From: Tolypothrix sp. VBCCA 56010
GTDB lineage: Bacteria; Cyanobacteriota; Cyanobacteriia; Cyanobacteriales; Nostocaceae
Direction: 5' to 3'
Assembly: GCF_050875635.1 (NCBI RefSeq)
Contig: NZ_JBPAOH010000005.1
Location: 1,454 to 33,453, forward strand
DNA: 32,000 bases
Below, piece after piece: positions 1 to 8,058 of the stretch; within the stretch, counting starts at the first letter, position 1; each line of letters opens with the position of its first letter. Both the position numbers and the translations under genes were made by a program. The notes under the pieces were generated by a model, which did no database searches, was not told the DNA's origin, and was given only the letters and a program-made list of their open reading frames with translations.

Positions 1-42
1 TCTCAAGAGTATCGAAAAAAGGAAGATATGTGCTGTTGATTT

Positions 43-84
43 AAACATGCGATTGACGAAAAGCGATCGCATGTTTTATTTTAT
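43..84. terminator. Hairpin (AAACATGCGAT / ATCGCATGTTT) followed by a T-rich tract
   Basis: Perfect 11-nt arms at 43-53 and 66-76, the right arm overlapping a HIP1 site, then TATTTTAT. It lies just beyond the stop of the minus-strand gene ending at 97. The T-run orientation fits a plus-strand transcript entering from outside the window. Confidence 0.35.
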
Positions 85-96
85 ATCCAACTCATG

Positions 97-507
97 CTAA
101 TTTACAGTAATACCTATTTGCTCAAACCAAGTTAATTTATCCCAATAGCCACGTTGGAAACGTATTTTTCCATTTGTAATGTGAAAGAAACCACAACCAC
201 GTAGAGTATATTTTTTGTCAGTGGGAGGTATTCCCGCAAATTCTCCCAGAAATGTCCCTCCACCCTTCCACTCGATAATTGCCCACTCTCCATCTTCAAA
301 TAAATTTTCAACATGGGTATAATTGTCGGGAAAAGCCTGGAAGAATTCAATGAAATTTTCTAAGATTGCTTGCTTTCCGTGTAATGGAGCATCAGCCGCT
401 ACCTGAATATTAATTGCATCGTCATGATATAATGCAGCTGCTTCATCAGCATTCCGCGCATTCAATGCATCAACCCAAATTGTCAGGACTTCTTTTGGCG
501 TTCTCAT
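97..507 (-). CDS. SnoaL-like / NTF2-fold (ester cyclase family) protein
   Basis: 136-aa ORF. The N-terminal pattern WVDALNARNADEAAALYHDDA and the size are typical of SnoaL/NTF2-like proteins. Confidence 0.7.
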   Translation of the reverse strand: MRTPKEVLTIWVDALNARNADEAAALYHDDAINIQVAADAPLHGKQAILENFIEFFQAFPDNYTHVENLFEDGEWAIIEWKGGGTFLGEFAGIPPTDKKYTLRGCGFFHITNGKIRFQRGYWDKLTWFEQIGITVN

Positions 508-541
508 ATAATATTCTGAGAATATTGAAAGTATACTTATC

Positions 542-1462
542 TTAATTTTTCATCGCTATCAAAGTACATTCCCAAACTAAGCGCGGTTGAGCGTAACAAA
601 GTAGATATTTACGCGCTTGCTCTAAGCAATTAATAATACTTGGTTGATGCGATCGCTGCCAATAAGACTGCTGCAAATAATCAATTAACCACAGTTGAGC
701 TTCTGTATCTAAATCATCAATTTCTTTCGCCAATTGTAAAGCATCGCGGTAAGTTTTTGGGGCTGTTGTCACAGCTTGAAGTAACTTATTAGGAATAACT
801 TGCAATTGCTCGAAAGATGCGATCGCTTCCCCTGGACTCCCAGATGCTATACTTAACACCGCCTCATGTTGTAAAATTTCCTCATGCCCTGTTTGCCTGA
901 GAACCTGAGCCAAAGACACTGCATCCAAACGATAAAAAGGAATGCGCTGACAGCGTGAAACTAAAGTCGGCAACACAGACTCAAGTGAAGGTGCAATTAA
1001 TATTAACGTCGCTTGTCCTGGTTCTTCCAAAGTCTTCAGCAAAGCGTTTGCCGCAGCTTCCGCCATTGTTTCTGCTTGCTCTAAAACTACCACATTTCTT
1101 GGCGCAAGCATCGGCGGACGGCTGAGAAATTGTGTAACTTCGCGAATTTGCTCTAACCTAATTATAGGCGGTGCTTTCCGCTTCAGTTTTTTTTCTGCCG
1201 CTTCTTGTGGTGTGAGTCGTTGTCCTTGATACTGGTAAGTTGGTTGTACCCAGAACAAATCTGGATGGTTTTCTTGACGCAAACGATTCGTTTCTACAGA
1301 ATGAGAAAATAGCAAATTTGCAAAGCACCGCGCTGCTAAACTGCGTCCCACACCCTCAGAACCGACAAATAAATAAGCTGGTGCAACTCTATTTTGTTTG
1401 ACAGCTTGAGTCAGTAATTCTACTGCTTGCTGTTGTCCTACAAGTTGTGCGAATGCGGTCAT
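542..1462 (-). CDS. holB: DNA polymerase III delta-prime subunit
   Basis: 306-aa ORF with LVGQQQAVELLTQAVKQNRVAPAYLFVGSEGVGR (degenerate P-loop), ANALLKTLEEP and SRCQ motifs characteristic of HolB/clamp-loader delta-prime. Confidence 0.85.
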   Translation of the reverse strand: MTAFAQLVGQQQAVELLTQAVKQNRVAPAYLFVGSEGVGRSLAARCFANLLFSHSVETNRLRQENHPDLFWVQPTYQYQGQRLTPQEAAEKKLKRKAPPIIRLEQIREVTQFLSRPPMLAPRNVVVLEQAETMAEAAANALLKTLEEPGQATLILIAPSLESVLPTLVSRCQRIPFYRLDAVSLAQVLRQTGHEEILQHEAVLSIASGSPGEAIASFEQLQVIPNKLLQAVTTAPKTYRDALQLAKEIDDLDTEAQLWLIDYLQQSYWQRSHQPSIINCLEQARKYLLCYAQPRLVWECTLIAMKN

Positions 1463-1486
1463 TAGTCAGTGACTGTACATTTATTT

Positions 1487-2203
1487 TTAAGATTTTAGAA
1501 TAAAATCGAGGTTGGCATTGGAATCATATTCAACGAGGGGTTCGCCAAACTTCAATAACCGCATTGGTTTATCGCCAATCAATTTCATAGATTCACCTTC
1601 AATATTTAACATAGTTCCCTCTTGTAAACCAACTACATAAACATCGGAGTTGACAACTAAAAATTCTCTGATTCTTTGTTCTCTTGTTTCTCCATTGTGA
1701 TTGGGAATAACAGCATCTGTGTAGTGAGGATTTATCTGAAAAGGAATTAGATTTAAGGCATTAAAACTTACAGGTTCAATGATTGGCATATCGTTGGTTG
1801 TTTTTAATGTTGGAGAAGCAACATTTGAGCCAGCACTCCACCCGATATAAGGTGTTCCATTGTTTACCTTTTCTCTGATGGTTTCGATAATTCCGGTTTT
1901 ATGTAACCAATGAACCAGATGAAAAGTGTTTCCACCTCCAACTACTATGGCTTCTGCTTTTTTTATCAATTCGTGATAATTTTCTCCTACATGAATAGCA
2001 TCTATGGCATAACCTATATCTTGAAATACTTTTCCAACTTTTGCAGTATATTCATCATAATTTGAAGTCACACCAGCAAAGGGAATAAACAAGACTCTTT
2101 TAACTGAACTACCTAAAAAATTTTTAATTTGCTGACGCGGATAAAACAAATATTCTTCACCAAAATTAGTTGAATTACTGAGTAATAATAATTTTTTTGT
2201 CAT
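1487..2203 (-). CDS. pepE: Dipeptidase E (peptidase S51)
   Basis: 238-aa ORF. LLLLSNST, FIPFAGV, VGGGNTF, YIGWSAGSN, TTNDMPI and GETREQRIREF follow the PepE sequence closely. Confidence 0.85.
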   Translation of the reverse strand: MTKKLLLLSNSTNFGEEYLFYPRQQIKNFLGSSVKRVLFIPFAGVTSNYDEYTAKVGKVFQDIGYAIDAIHVGENYHELIKKAEAIVVGGGNTFHLVHWLHKTGIIETIREKVNNGTPYIGWSAGSNVASPTLKTTNDMPIIEPVSFNALNLIPFQINPHYTDAVIPNHNGETREQRIREFLVVNSDVYVVGLQEGTMLNIEGESMKLIGDKPMRLLKFGEPLVEYDSNANLDFILKS

Positions 2204-2283
2204 AGCAATAAATTTAAGTATATTAATGATGTATACTGAAAAACAATTTGTGACTGTATTTCCCCAAAGTTTACTATACTATA

Positions 2284-2919
2284 TTATACATAACCCCAAG
2301 CTTTCAAGCGATCGCTTAAAGTTGTCTGAATCATTGTTTGCACAGCTTCTTTATTTAAGCTAGCATCTATGCGGACAATTTTATCTTGAGATGCTTGCAG
2401 TTGAGCGTATCCTTCTTGGACGCGACGATGAAAAGCGATCGCTTCAAGTTCAATTCTATCAGCAACATCGCCACTGCTGCGTTTGCGGCTTAGTCCCACT
2501 TCAATATCGACATCAAGCCATAAGGTAATATCGCTTTCTAACCCACCAGTCGCAATTAAATTAAGCACATTTATTAAATTTATATCCAAACCGCGACCGT
2601 AACCTTGATAAGCGATAGTCGAATCAGTATAGCGATCGCACAAGATAATATTACCTTTTTCGAGATTCGGTTTTAATTCTTCTTCAACGTGTTGCGCCCT
2701 ATCAGCAGCATACAACAATAATTCTGTGGTGTTGAATATTGTTTTATTTTCTGCTTTTAACAACAAGCGTCGCAAATCCAAACCTAAAGCAGTTCCCCCA
2801 GGTTCACGAGTAACCACAACTGAAATACCTAAATTGTGCAGCCACTCTTGACAAAGTTGTATTTGGCTAGTTTTACCACAACCTTCCACCCCTTCAAATA
2901 CAATTAATTTACCATTCAT
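2284..2919 (-). CDS. tmk: dTMP (thymidylate) kinase
   Basis: The ORF runs 2284-2997, but residues 1-26 ([17 protein letters not shown]...) are translated heptamer repeat. The ATG at 2919 gives MNGKLIVFEGVEGCGKTSQ (P-loop), DRY and other Tmk motifs. Confidence 0.9.
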   Translation of the reverse strand: MNGKLIVFEGVEGCGKTSQIQLCQEWLHNLGISVVVTREPGGTALGLDLRRLLLKAENKTIFNTTELLLYAADRAQHVEEELKPNLEKGNIILCDRYTDSTIAYQGYGRGLDINLINVLNLIATGGLESDITLWLDVDIEVGLSRKRSSGDVADRIELEAIAFHRRVQEGYAQLQASQDKIVRIDASLNKEAVQTMIQTTLSDRLKAWGYV

Positions 2920-2940
2920 GCTTTTTTTATATATTGCTAA

Positions 2941-3110
2941 TTGGGAATTGGGCATTGGGCATGGGGCATTGGGCATGGGGCAATGGGCATGGGGCATGGG
3001 GCATTGGTAATAATTCTTTCCCTTTCCCCTTTCCCCTTTCCCCTTTGACCCAAATTAAAAAAGCCCATTGCCCAATGCCCTATGCCCATTGCCCAATGCC
3101 CATTGCCCCA
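2941..3110. repeat. STRR-like heptamer array with inverted arms
   Basis: (GGGCATT/GGGCATG)n at 2941-3007, (CCCTTTC)4 at about 3018-3047, and the complementary (CCCATTG/CCCAATG)n at 3063-3110. It fills the whole gap between the kinase stop (3111) and the tmk start (2919). Confidence 0.9.
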
Positions 3111-6095
3111 TTATCCAAGCAAATCTGCAATCAAAGCTAGTAATTCCGTCGGATCTACTGGCTTTGCGATATGCTTTTGGAAACCTGCGGCAAATGCCCG
3201 ATCGCGATCGCTTTCTCCAGCATAAGCGCTAAGAGCGATCGCCGGAATTTCTCCGCCTTGTTTGGGAGACATCAATCTGATTTGACTAATTAAACTGTAG
3301 CCATCCACCAACGGCATTCCTAAATCACTCAGTAATATATCTGGCGGCGATTGGGCAAACGCTTTTAGCGCCTCACTTGCCGATGAAGCTTCACTTACTA
3401 TCGCTCCCTGCTGTTGTAGCAAAAAGCTCATAAAATCGCGTGTATCTATCTCATCATCAACTAATAATATTCGTATTCCTGCCAGAGGTAAGGAGTTAAC
3501 ATTCTCCGCTTCTGTCTTATTTTCCTTCTCTTGTTTGCTGCTTTCCTCAATTAAAGGCAATGTGACAATAAAAGTCGCTCCTTTTCCTTCTCCGGGACTT
3601 TCAGCCGTCACAGTGCCGCCATGTAACTCTACCAGATGGCGAACAATCGACAAACCCAGCCCCAGCCCACCATGATTCCGGGTAGTGCTGCTATCTGCTT
3701 GGCGAAAATATTCAAAAACGTGGGGCAGAAATTCACTGGAAATCCCCTTACCCGTGTCCGTAACGGTGATTTCGGCGTAGGAGGAGTGGGGGAGGGGGGG
3801 AGTGGGGAGAGGGGGGGATGGGGAGAGGGGGGGATGGGGAGAGTGGGGGATGGGGAGAGTGGGAGAAACAATTGTCCCTTTATCTCCTTGTTTCCTTGTC
3901 TCCTTGTCTCCTTGTCTCCTTGTCTCCTTGTCTCCTTGTCCCCCTTGCCCCCTGCCCACCGACAACCTAATATCAATTCGTCCCCCTGCTGGGGTAAATT
4001 TAACGGCATTATTCAGCAAATTGCCGACGACTTGCTGCAAGCGATTGAAATCACACAAAACTTTACCTATATTCGGCTCAATTTGCAGATGCATTTCGAT
4101 AGATTTGTCTTGTGCTGCCAATTTGACTGTTTCGATTGCGGCATTAATTACAACTGCTAAATCAAAGGCAGCAAAATTCAAACATAGTTTACCTCGCAGT
4201 ATGCGGGAGACATCCAGCAAGTCATCAATTAGTTGAATCTGCAATTTCGCATTGCGTTCGATGGTATCCAAAGCCCGAAATGTCGCTGCTTCATCAAACT
4301 TGCGGCTTTTAAGTAACTTTGCCCATCCTAAAATCGGATTGAGAGGCGATCGCAATTCGTGAGAAAGTACAGCAAGAAATTCATCTTTGATGCGGTTGGC
4401 AGCTTCTGCTTCCAGACGAGCGGCTTTTTCTCGCTCTAAAATTTGGGCACGTTCTGCTTCGATTTGTTTTTGCTGATGAATATCTGTACAAGTGCCAAAC
4501 CATTTGACGATGCGTCCTCGATCGTCTTTTATCGGTAAACCTCGTACTAAATGCCAACGATATGTGCCATCAGGAACTCTCAGATAACGATGTTCAGCTT
4601 CGTAAGGTGTACCGTTTGAGAGTGCTTTCGTCCACAGTTGTGCAGATATTTCCAAGTCATCCGGATGTAGTACTTTTCTCCAGCCGTAGCCAGCAGTTTC
4701 CTCTAAATTTAACCCGGTGTATTCTTCCCAACGCTGATTTACGTAAGTTGCCAGACCTTCAGCATTAGTTGTCCAGACCATTTCTGGAATAGTGTCAGCT
4801 AAGAAACGGTAGCGTTCTTCACTTTGACGCAGAGTTTCTTCAGCTTGTTTATTTTCGCTAATATCTTGAACTGTTCCCATCATGCGTATTGGCTTGTCAA
4901 AAACATCATAAAAGCCTCGACCTTTAGCGGCAAGCCAATGCACGCTTTTATCAGCCCAAACAGCGCGGTATTCTATATCATAATCTAACTTTCGGGCAAG
5001 AGCGCTACTAACAGCTTCATCGGTGCGTTGCCGGTCTTCTGGATGCAAAGTATTCAGGAAAAGCTCGTAAGTAATTGTGGTGTCGGGTGCGAATCCAAAT
5101 AGTTCCTTACACTTAGAAGTAAAAATTAATTCGTCGGTGGTCAAATCCCAAAACCACATACCCAGATTAGCCGCTGTGGTTGCAAGCCGAATGCGTTCTT
5201 CACTTTGTTGTAAATCTGCTTCGGTTTTTTTCCGGTCATTAATGTCAATTATAATGCCAACTATCCTAACCAAGCGATTATTTGCATCCCGCTCAACAAA
5301 CCCTCGATCTTGCAGCCACACATAATGACCATCTTTATGACGCACCCGGTACTCAATTTTATAGCGATCGCCTTTTGCCAAACTGATTTTAAATTCCTCA
5401 TCAACTCGTTGCAAGTCATCCGGATGCACAAGCTGCTGCCACCATTGTTGCGTCGGTGAGGCTTCTTGTTGAGTGTATCCCAAAAGCGCAGTCAAACCTT
5501 GAGTTCTTTCTACAGTACCGCGCGAAATCTCCCAATCGTAAAATAGGCAATTAACCGCTGCCAGTTCAAATTGTTCGTTATGTCGCAAGCCAATTTCTCT
5601 ATCTTGTTCAGATATACTTGCTGCCTGGTATTCTGTCTGGTGTCTTGAGACAGCCGATTTTTTTATCTCAGAAAAAGTTGTCACAACAGCGTAGGGTTTT
5701 GTGACTCCAGCCAAAAATAAAGGTTGTGAGTTCAGCAATAGCCAGACTAGCTCACCATTTGGCTTATACAAACCCATCACCACATTCAAACATGGCTTTC
5801 CTGTTTGCAATGCTACCATCGCTGGGTGAGTCTCATCAGGGAAAGGAGAGCCATCTTCACGAATCGATTGCCAAGGATGATCCACCGAAGTACGCCCTAT
5901 CAGCTGCTCGGCACTCAGTCCAAGTATGCGCTCACAAGCCGTATTGCTAGCTTGGATAGTACCGTCCGCAAGTTGCAGCACCATTCCTTTTTCAACAGTT
6001 GCGACCATTGAGTAATTCGCTTGTTTATTTATCTGCTGGTGCAACGATAACAAATTATCAGCCAACTGGTTTTGGAACTTTTCCGCGTCTGGCAT
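3111..6095 (-). CDS. Multi-PAS hybrid sensor histidine kinase / response regulator
   Basis: 994-aa ORF with several PAS-like segments, H-box [20 protein letters not shown]-box NLLNNAVKFT, G-boxes DTGKGI and [10 protein letters not shown], and a C-terminal receiver (RILLVDDE ... LSDLGMP ... HIAKP). Confidence 0.9.
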   Translation of the reverse strand: MPDAEKFQNQLADNLLSLHQQINKQANYSMVATVEKGMVLQLADGTIQASNTACERILGLSAEQLIGRTSVDHPWQSIREDGSPFPDETHPAMVALQTGKPCLNVVMGLYKPNGELVWLLLNSQPLFLAGVTKPYAVVTTFSEIKKSAVSRHQTEYQAASISEQDREIGLRHNEQFELAAVNCLFYDWEISRGTVERTQGLTALLGYTQQEASPTQQWWQQLVHPDDLQRVDEEFKISLAKGDRYKIEYRVRHKDGHYVWLQDRGFVERDANNRLVRIVGIIIDINDRKKTEADLQQSEERIRLATTAANLGMWFWDLTTDELIFTSKCKELFGFAPDTTITYELFLNTLHPEDRQRTDEAVSSALARKLDYDIEYRAVWADKSVHWLAAKGRGFYDVFDKPIRMMGTVQDISENKQAEETLRQSEERYRFLADTIPEMVWTTNAEGLATYVNQRWEEYTGLNLEETAGYGWRKVLHPDDLEISAQLWTKALSNGTPYEAEHRYLRVPDGTYRWHLVRGLPIKDDRGRIVKWFGTCTDIHQQKQIEAERAQILEREKAARLEAEAANRIKDEFLAVLSHELRSPLNPILGWAKLLKSRKFDEAATFRALDTIERNAKLQIQLIDDLLDVSRILRGKLCLNFAAFDLAVVINAAIETVKLAAQDKSIEMHLQIEPNIGKVLCDFNRLQQVVGNLLNNAVKFTPAGGRIDIRLSVGRGQGGQGDKETRRQGDKETRKQGDKGTIVSPTLPIPHSPHPPLSPSPPLPTPPLPHSSYAEITVTDTGKGISSEFLPHVFEYFRQADSSTTRNHGGLGLGLSIVRHLVELHGGTVTAESPGEGKGATFIVTLPLIEESSKQEKENKTEAENVNSLPLAGIRILLVDDEIDTRDFMSFLLQQQGAIVSEASSASEALKAFAQSPPDILLSDLGMPLVDGYSLISQIRLMSPKQGGEIPAIALSAYAGESDRDRAFAAGFQKHIAKPVDPTELLALIADLLG
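3780..3956. repeat. Simple-repeat block embedded in frame in the kinase HATPase domain
   Basis: Plus strand shows G-rich 16-mers (GGATGGGGAGAGGGGG-like) at 3780-3865 and then (CTCCTTGT)n octamers at 3885-3940. On the coding strand this gives 59 codons (GRGQGGQGDKETRRQGDKETRKQGDKGT...PLSPSPPLPTPPLPHSS) between RIDIRLSV and YAEITVTDTGKGI. Confidence 0.85.
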
Positions 6096-6368
6096 TATCT
6101 CAAAGGCTGACTGTCTACCGCCTATTTTTTATCACACAACTGCAAATCCTATTTCTTCCCCCCAAGGGTAGAAAACAAATTCAAACTAAATATAGTATGT
6201 TCGATCAGCCAATTTATGCAAAAAACTCAAAACCCTAACCTCCCCTTATTTTCTAAAAATTCCTAGTTTGACACGGCTAAGTTTCTTCACCACGAAGCCA
6301 AGGCTAGCCAATAGCTAATTATTTGCTAATAATAACTCATATAATCTCACAAATGCTAATATAGTGGT

Positions 6369-7007
6369 ATGGCTTATGTACCACTACGAGAAGCAGTTAA
6401 AAAACTCGGACTGCACCCAAACACGCTAAGGAAGTATGCAGATAATGGGAAAATCCAAAGCATTAAAAACGAAGCAGGACAAAGACTCTTTGATGTCGAG
6501 TCCTACCTCCGTGGTGCAACTAGAGCTTCCCTTGTTTGCTACTGCCGAGTCAGTTCAACCAAACAACGAGACGATCTTGGTAGACAAATCGCTTACATGC
6601 AGTCCCTCTACCCAGATGCCGAAATCATTAAAGATATCGGCAGTGGAATCAACTTCAAGCGAAAAGGATTGCAAACCCTACTGGACAGACTTATGCAAGG
6701 AGATAAGCTCACGCTTATTATTGCCTGTCGTGACCGACTCGCAAGATTTGGATTCGAGCTTATTCAGTATATGGTCGAACAAAACGGTGGACAAATCGTG
6801 GTTCTCGACAATACTGTACACTGCCACGACAGTCCACTCAAGTCGGGAGACCCGCCCACGTGGCTGTCTCCAGAATCCGAACTTACCTCGGATCTTCTCT
6901 CCATCCTCCATGTCTTCTCTTGTCGGATGCACGGACTCAGGAAGTACAGTAAAAAAATCAAGGAAGATCCGGATCTTCCTCACAGCAGCACAAAGGCAGA
7001 TTCTTAA
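6369..7007 (+). CDS. tnpA: IS607-family serine recombinase transposase TnpA
   Basis: 212 aa. N-terminal MerR-like HTH (LREAVKKLGLHPNTLRKYADNGKI), catalytic serine context YCRVSSTKQRDDL, DRLARFGFE and HVFSCRMHGLRKY are typical of IS607 TnpA. Confidence 0.85.
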   Translation: MAYVPLREAVKKLGLHPNTLRKYADNGKIQSIKNEAGQRLFDVESYLRGATRASLVCYCRVSSTKQRDDLGRQIAYMQSLYPDAEIIKDIGSGINFKRKGLQTLLDRLMQGDKLTLIIACRDRLARFGFELIQYMVEQNGGQIVVLDNTVHCHDSPLKSGDPPTWLSPESELTSDLLSILHVFSCRMHGLRKYSKKIKEDPDLPHSSTKADS

Positions 7008-8058
7008 GCAGTGGTTTGGTGTGTCTAGATTTGTCTACAACACCACCGTTAAATTATTACAAGACTCTAGTATCAAAGCTAACTGGAAGGCGATTAAAAC
7101 TGACATATTAAATGGACTCCCAGAATGGAGTAAGTCAGTCCCTTATCAAATTAAGTCAATCGCTATTAAAGATGCATGTATTGCTGTCGGTAATGCTAAG
7201 AAAAAATTTAAAAATGGTGGTGGTATTAGCAAGGTTAGATTCAGATCAAGAAAAGACGCTGTACAATCTTGCTACATTCCCAAGTCTGCGGTAAAAGACT
7301 TAGGAATTTACCACACTATATTGGGTAAGACAACCTTCAAAGAAGCCTTGCCACAAAACTTTGGTGACTGTCGTTTAGTATTTGCTTATCGTGATTACTA
7401 TCTGACAGTTCCAGAGAACGTGCCACAACAAAAGTCTGATAACCAAGGACGTGTTGTGGCGCTTGACCCCGGCATCAGGACATTTATCACATTCTTTTCT
7501 GAATCTAGCTTTGGTGAAATTGGAACATCTGCTAATTTGCAAATTCAGAAGCTATGCTTCCGTTTAGACAAGTTAATCTCTAAACTCACTAAAGCCAAAT
7601 GCACTTCAAAAAGAAGAATGAAGCTTGCTGCAAGTTCACTGCGAGGTAAAATCAAAAATTTTGTAGACGAACTGCACAAGAAAGCCGCTCGTTTTTTGGT
7701 TGATAACTTTGACGTTATTTTGCTACCAACTTTTGAAACATCCCAGATGTCTAAGAAGGCAAAGCGGCGAATTAGGTCAAAATCAGTACGCCAAATGTTA
7801 ACACTTTCTCACTACCGTTTTAAACAGTTCCTTAAACACAAGGCTTTTGAAACAGGCAAAGTAGTAATGGATGTTAACGAGGCGTATACATCAAAAACAG
7901 TCAGTTGGACTGGCGAAATAATCCACAAGCTTGGTGGTGCTAAATTCGTCAAGTCTCCATCTGACGGGCGGGTAATGTCGAGGGATCTAAATGGTGCGCG
8001 AGGGATTTTCCTTCGTGCATTGGTTGATACGCCCTCCCTTAAGGAGTGTATTTGTTAA
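6910..8058 (+). CDS. tnpB: TnpB (OrfB/IS605-IS607 RNA-guided nuclease family), zinc-finger cysteines absent
   Basis: The ORF-track ORF 6436-8058 is overlong; its first 158 codons overlap tnpA out of frame. The ATG at 6910 precedes the conserved KIRIFLTAAQRQILKQWFG region. Candidate RuvC triad: D in VVALDPGIRTF, E in LPTFETSQM, D in MSRDLNGARGIF. The start codon is uncertain. Confidence 0.8.
   Translation: MSSLVGCTDSGSTVKKSRKIRIFLTAAQRQILKQWFGVSRFVYNTTVKLLQDSSIKANWKAIKTDILNGLPEWSKSVPYQIKSIAIKDACIAVGNAKKKFKNGGGISKVRFRSRKDAVQSCYIPKSAVKDLGIYHTILGKTTFKEALPQNFGDCRLVFAYRDYYLTVPENVPQQKSDNQGRVVALDPGIRTFITFFSESSFGEIGTSANLQIQKLCFRLDKLISKLTKAKCTSKRRMKLAASSLRGKIKNFVDELHKKAARFLVDNFDVILLPTFETSQMSKKAKRRIRSKSVRQMLTLSHYRFKQFLKHKAFETGKVVMDVNEAYTSKTVSWTGEIIHKLGGAKFVKSPSDGRVMSRDLNGARGIFLRALVDTPSLKECIC

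Noticed and set aside
2920-2997. N-terminal 26-codon extension of tmk ([26 protein letters not shown]).
   Set aside because: It is a translation of the CCCAATG-type heptamer array. The conserved Tmk sequence with its P-loop begins at the internal ATG at 2919.
3629-4236. Alternative-frame ORFs (126, 174 and 144 aa) across the kinase repeat insertion.
   Set aside because: They are artefacts of the stop-free G-rich and C-rich repeats. The kinase frame is continuous and carries conserved motifs on both sides.
6816-6863. About 16 extra residues in TnpA (VHCHDSPLKSGDPPTW) before the conserved SPE-ELT-DLL-I-HVFSCR tail, considered as a small element inserted in frame.
   Set aside because: Only a weak 8-bp imperfect inverted repeat flanks it. 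My recollection of typical IS607 TnpA length in this region is not precise enough, so an alignment is needed.
6436-6909. The first 158 codons of the 540-aa ORF-track ORF, considered as part of TnpB.
   Set aside because: This stretch overlaps tnpA in another frame and has low-complexity, non-TnpB-like sequence. TnpB-type similarity begins just after the ATG at 6910.
6951-6957. The A7 run in the tnpA/tnpB overlap, considered as a programmed frameshift site producing a TnpA-TnpB fusion.
   Set aside because: tnpB is in the +1 frame relative to tnpA, so a standard -1 slip would not join them. Only a one-A deletion would. I know of no precedent and the sequence gives no supporting structure.
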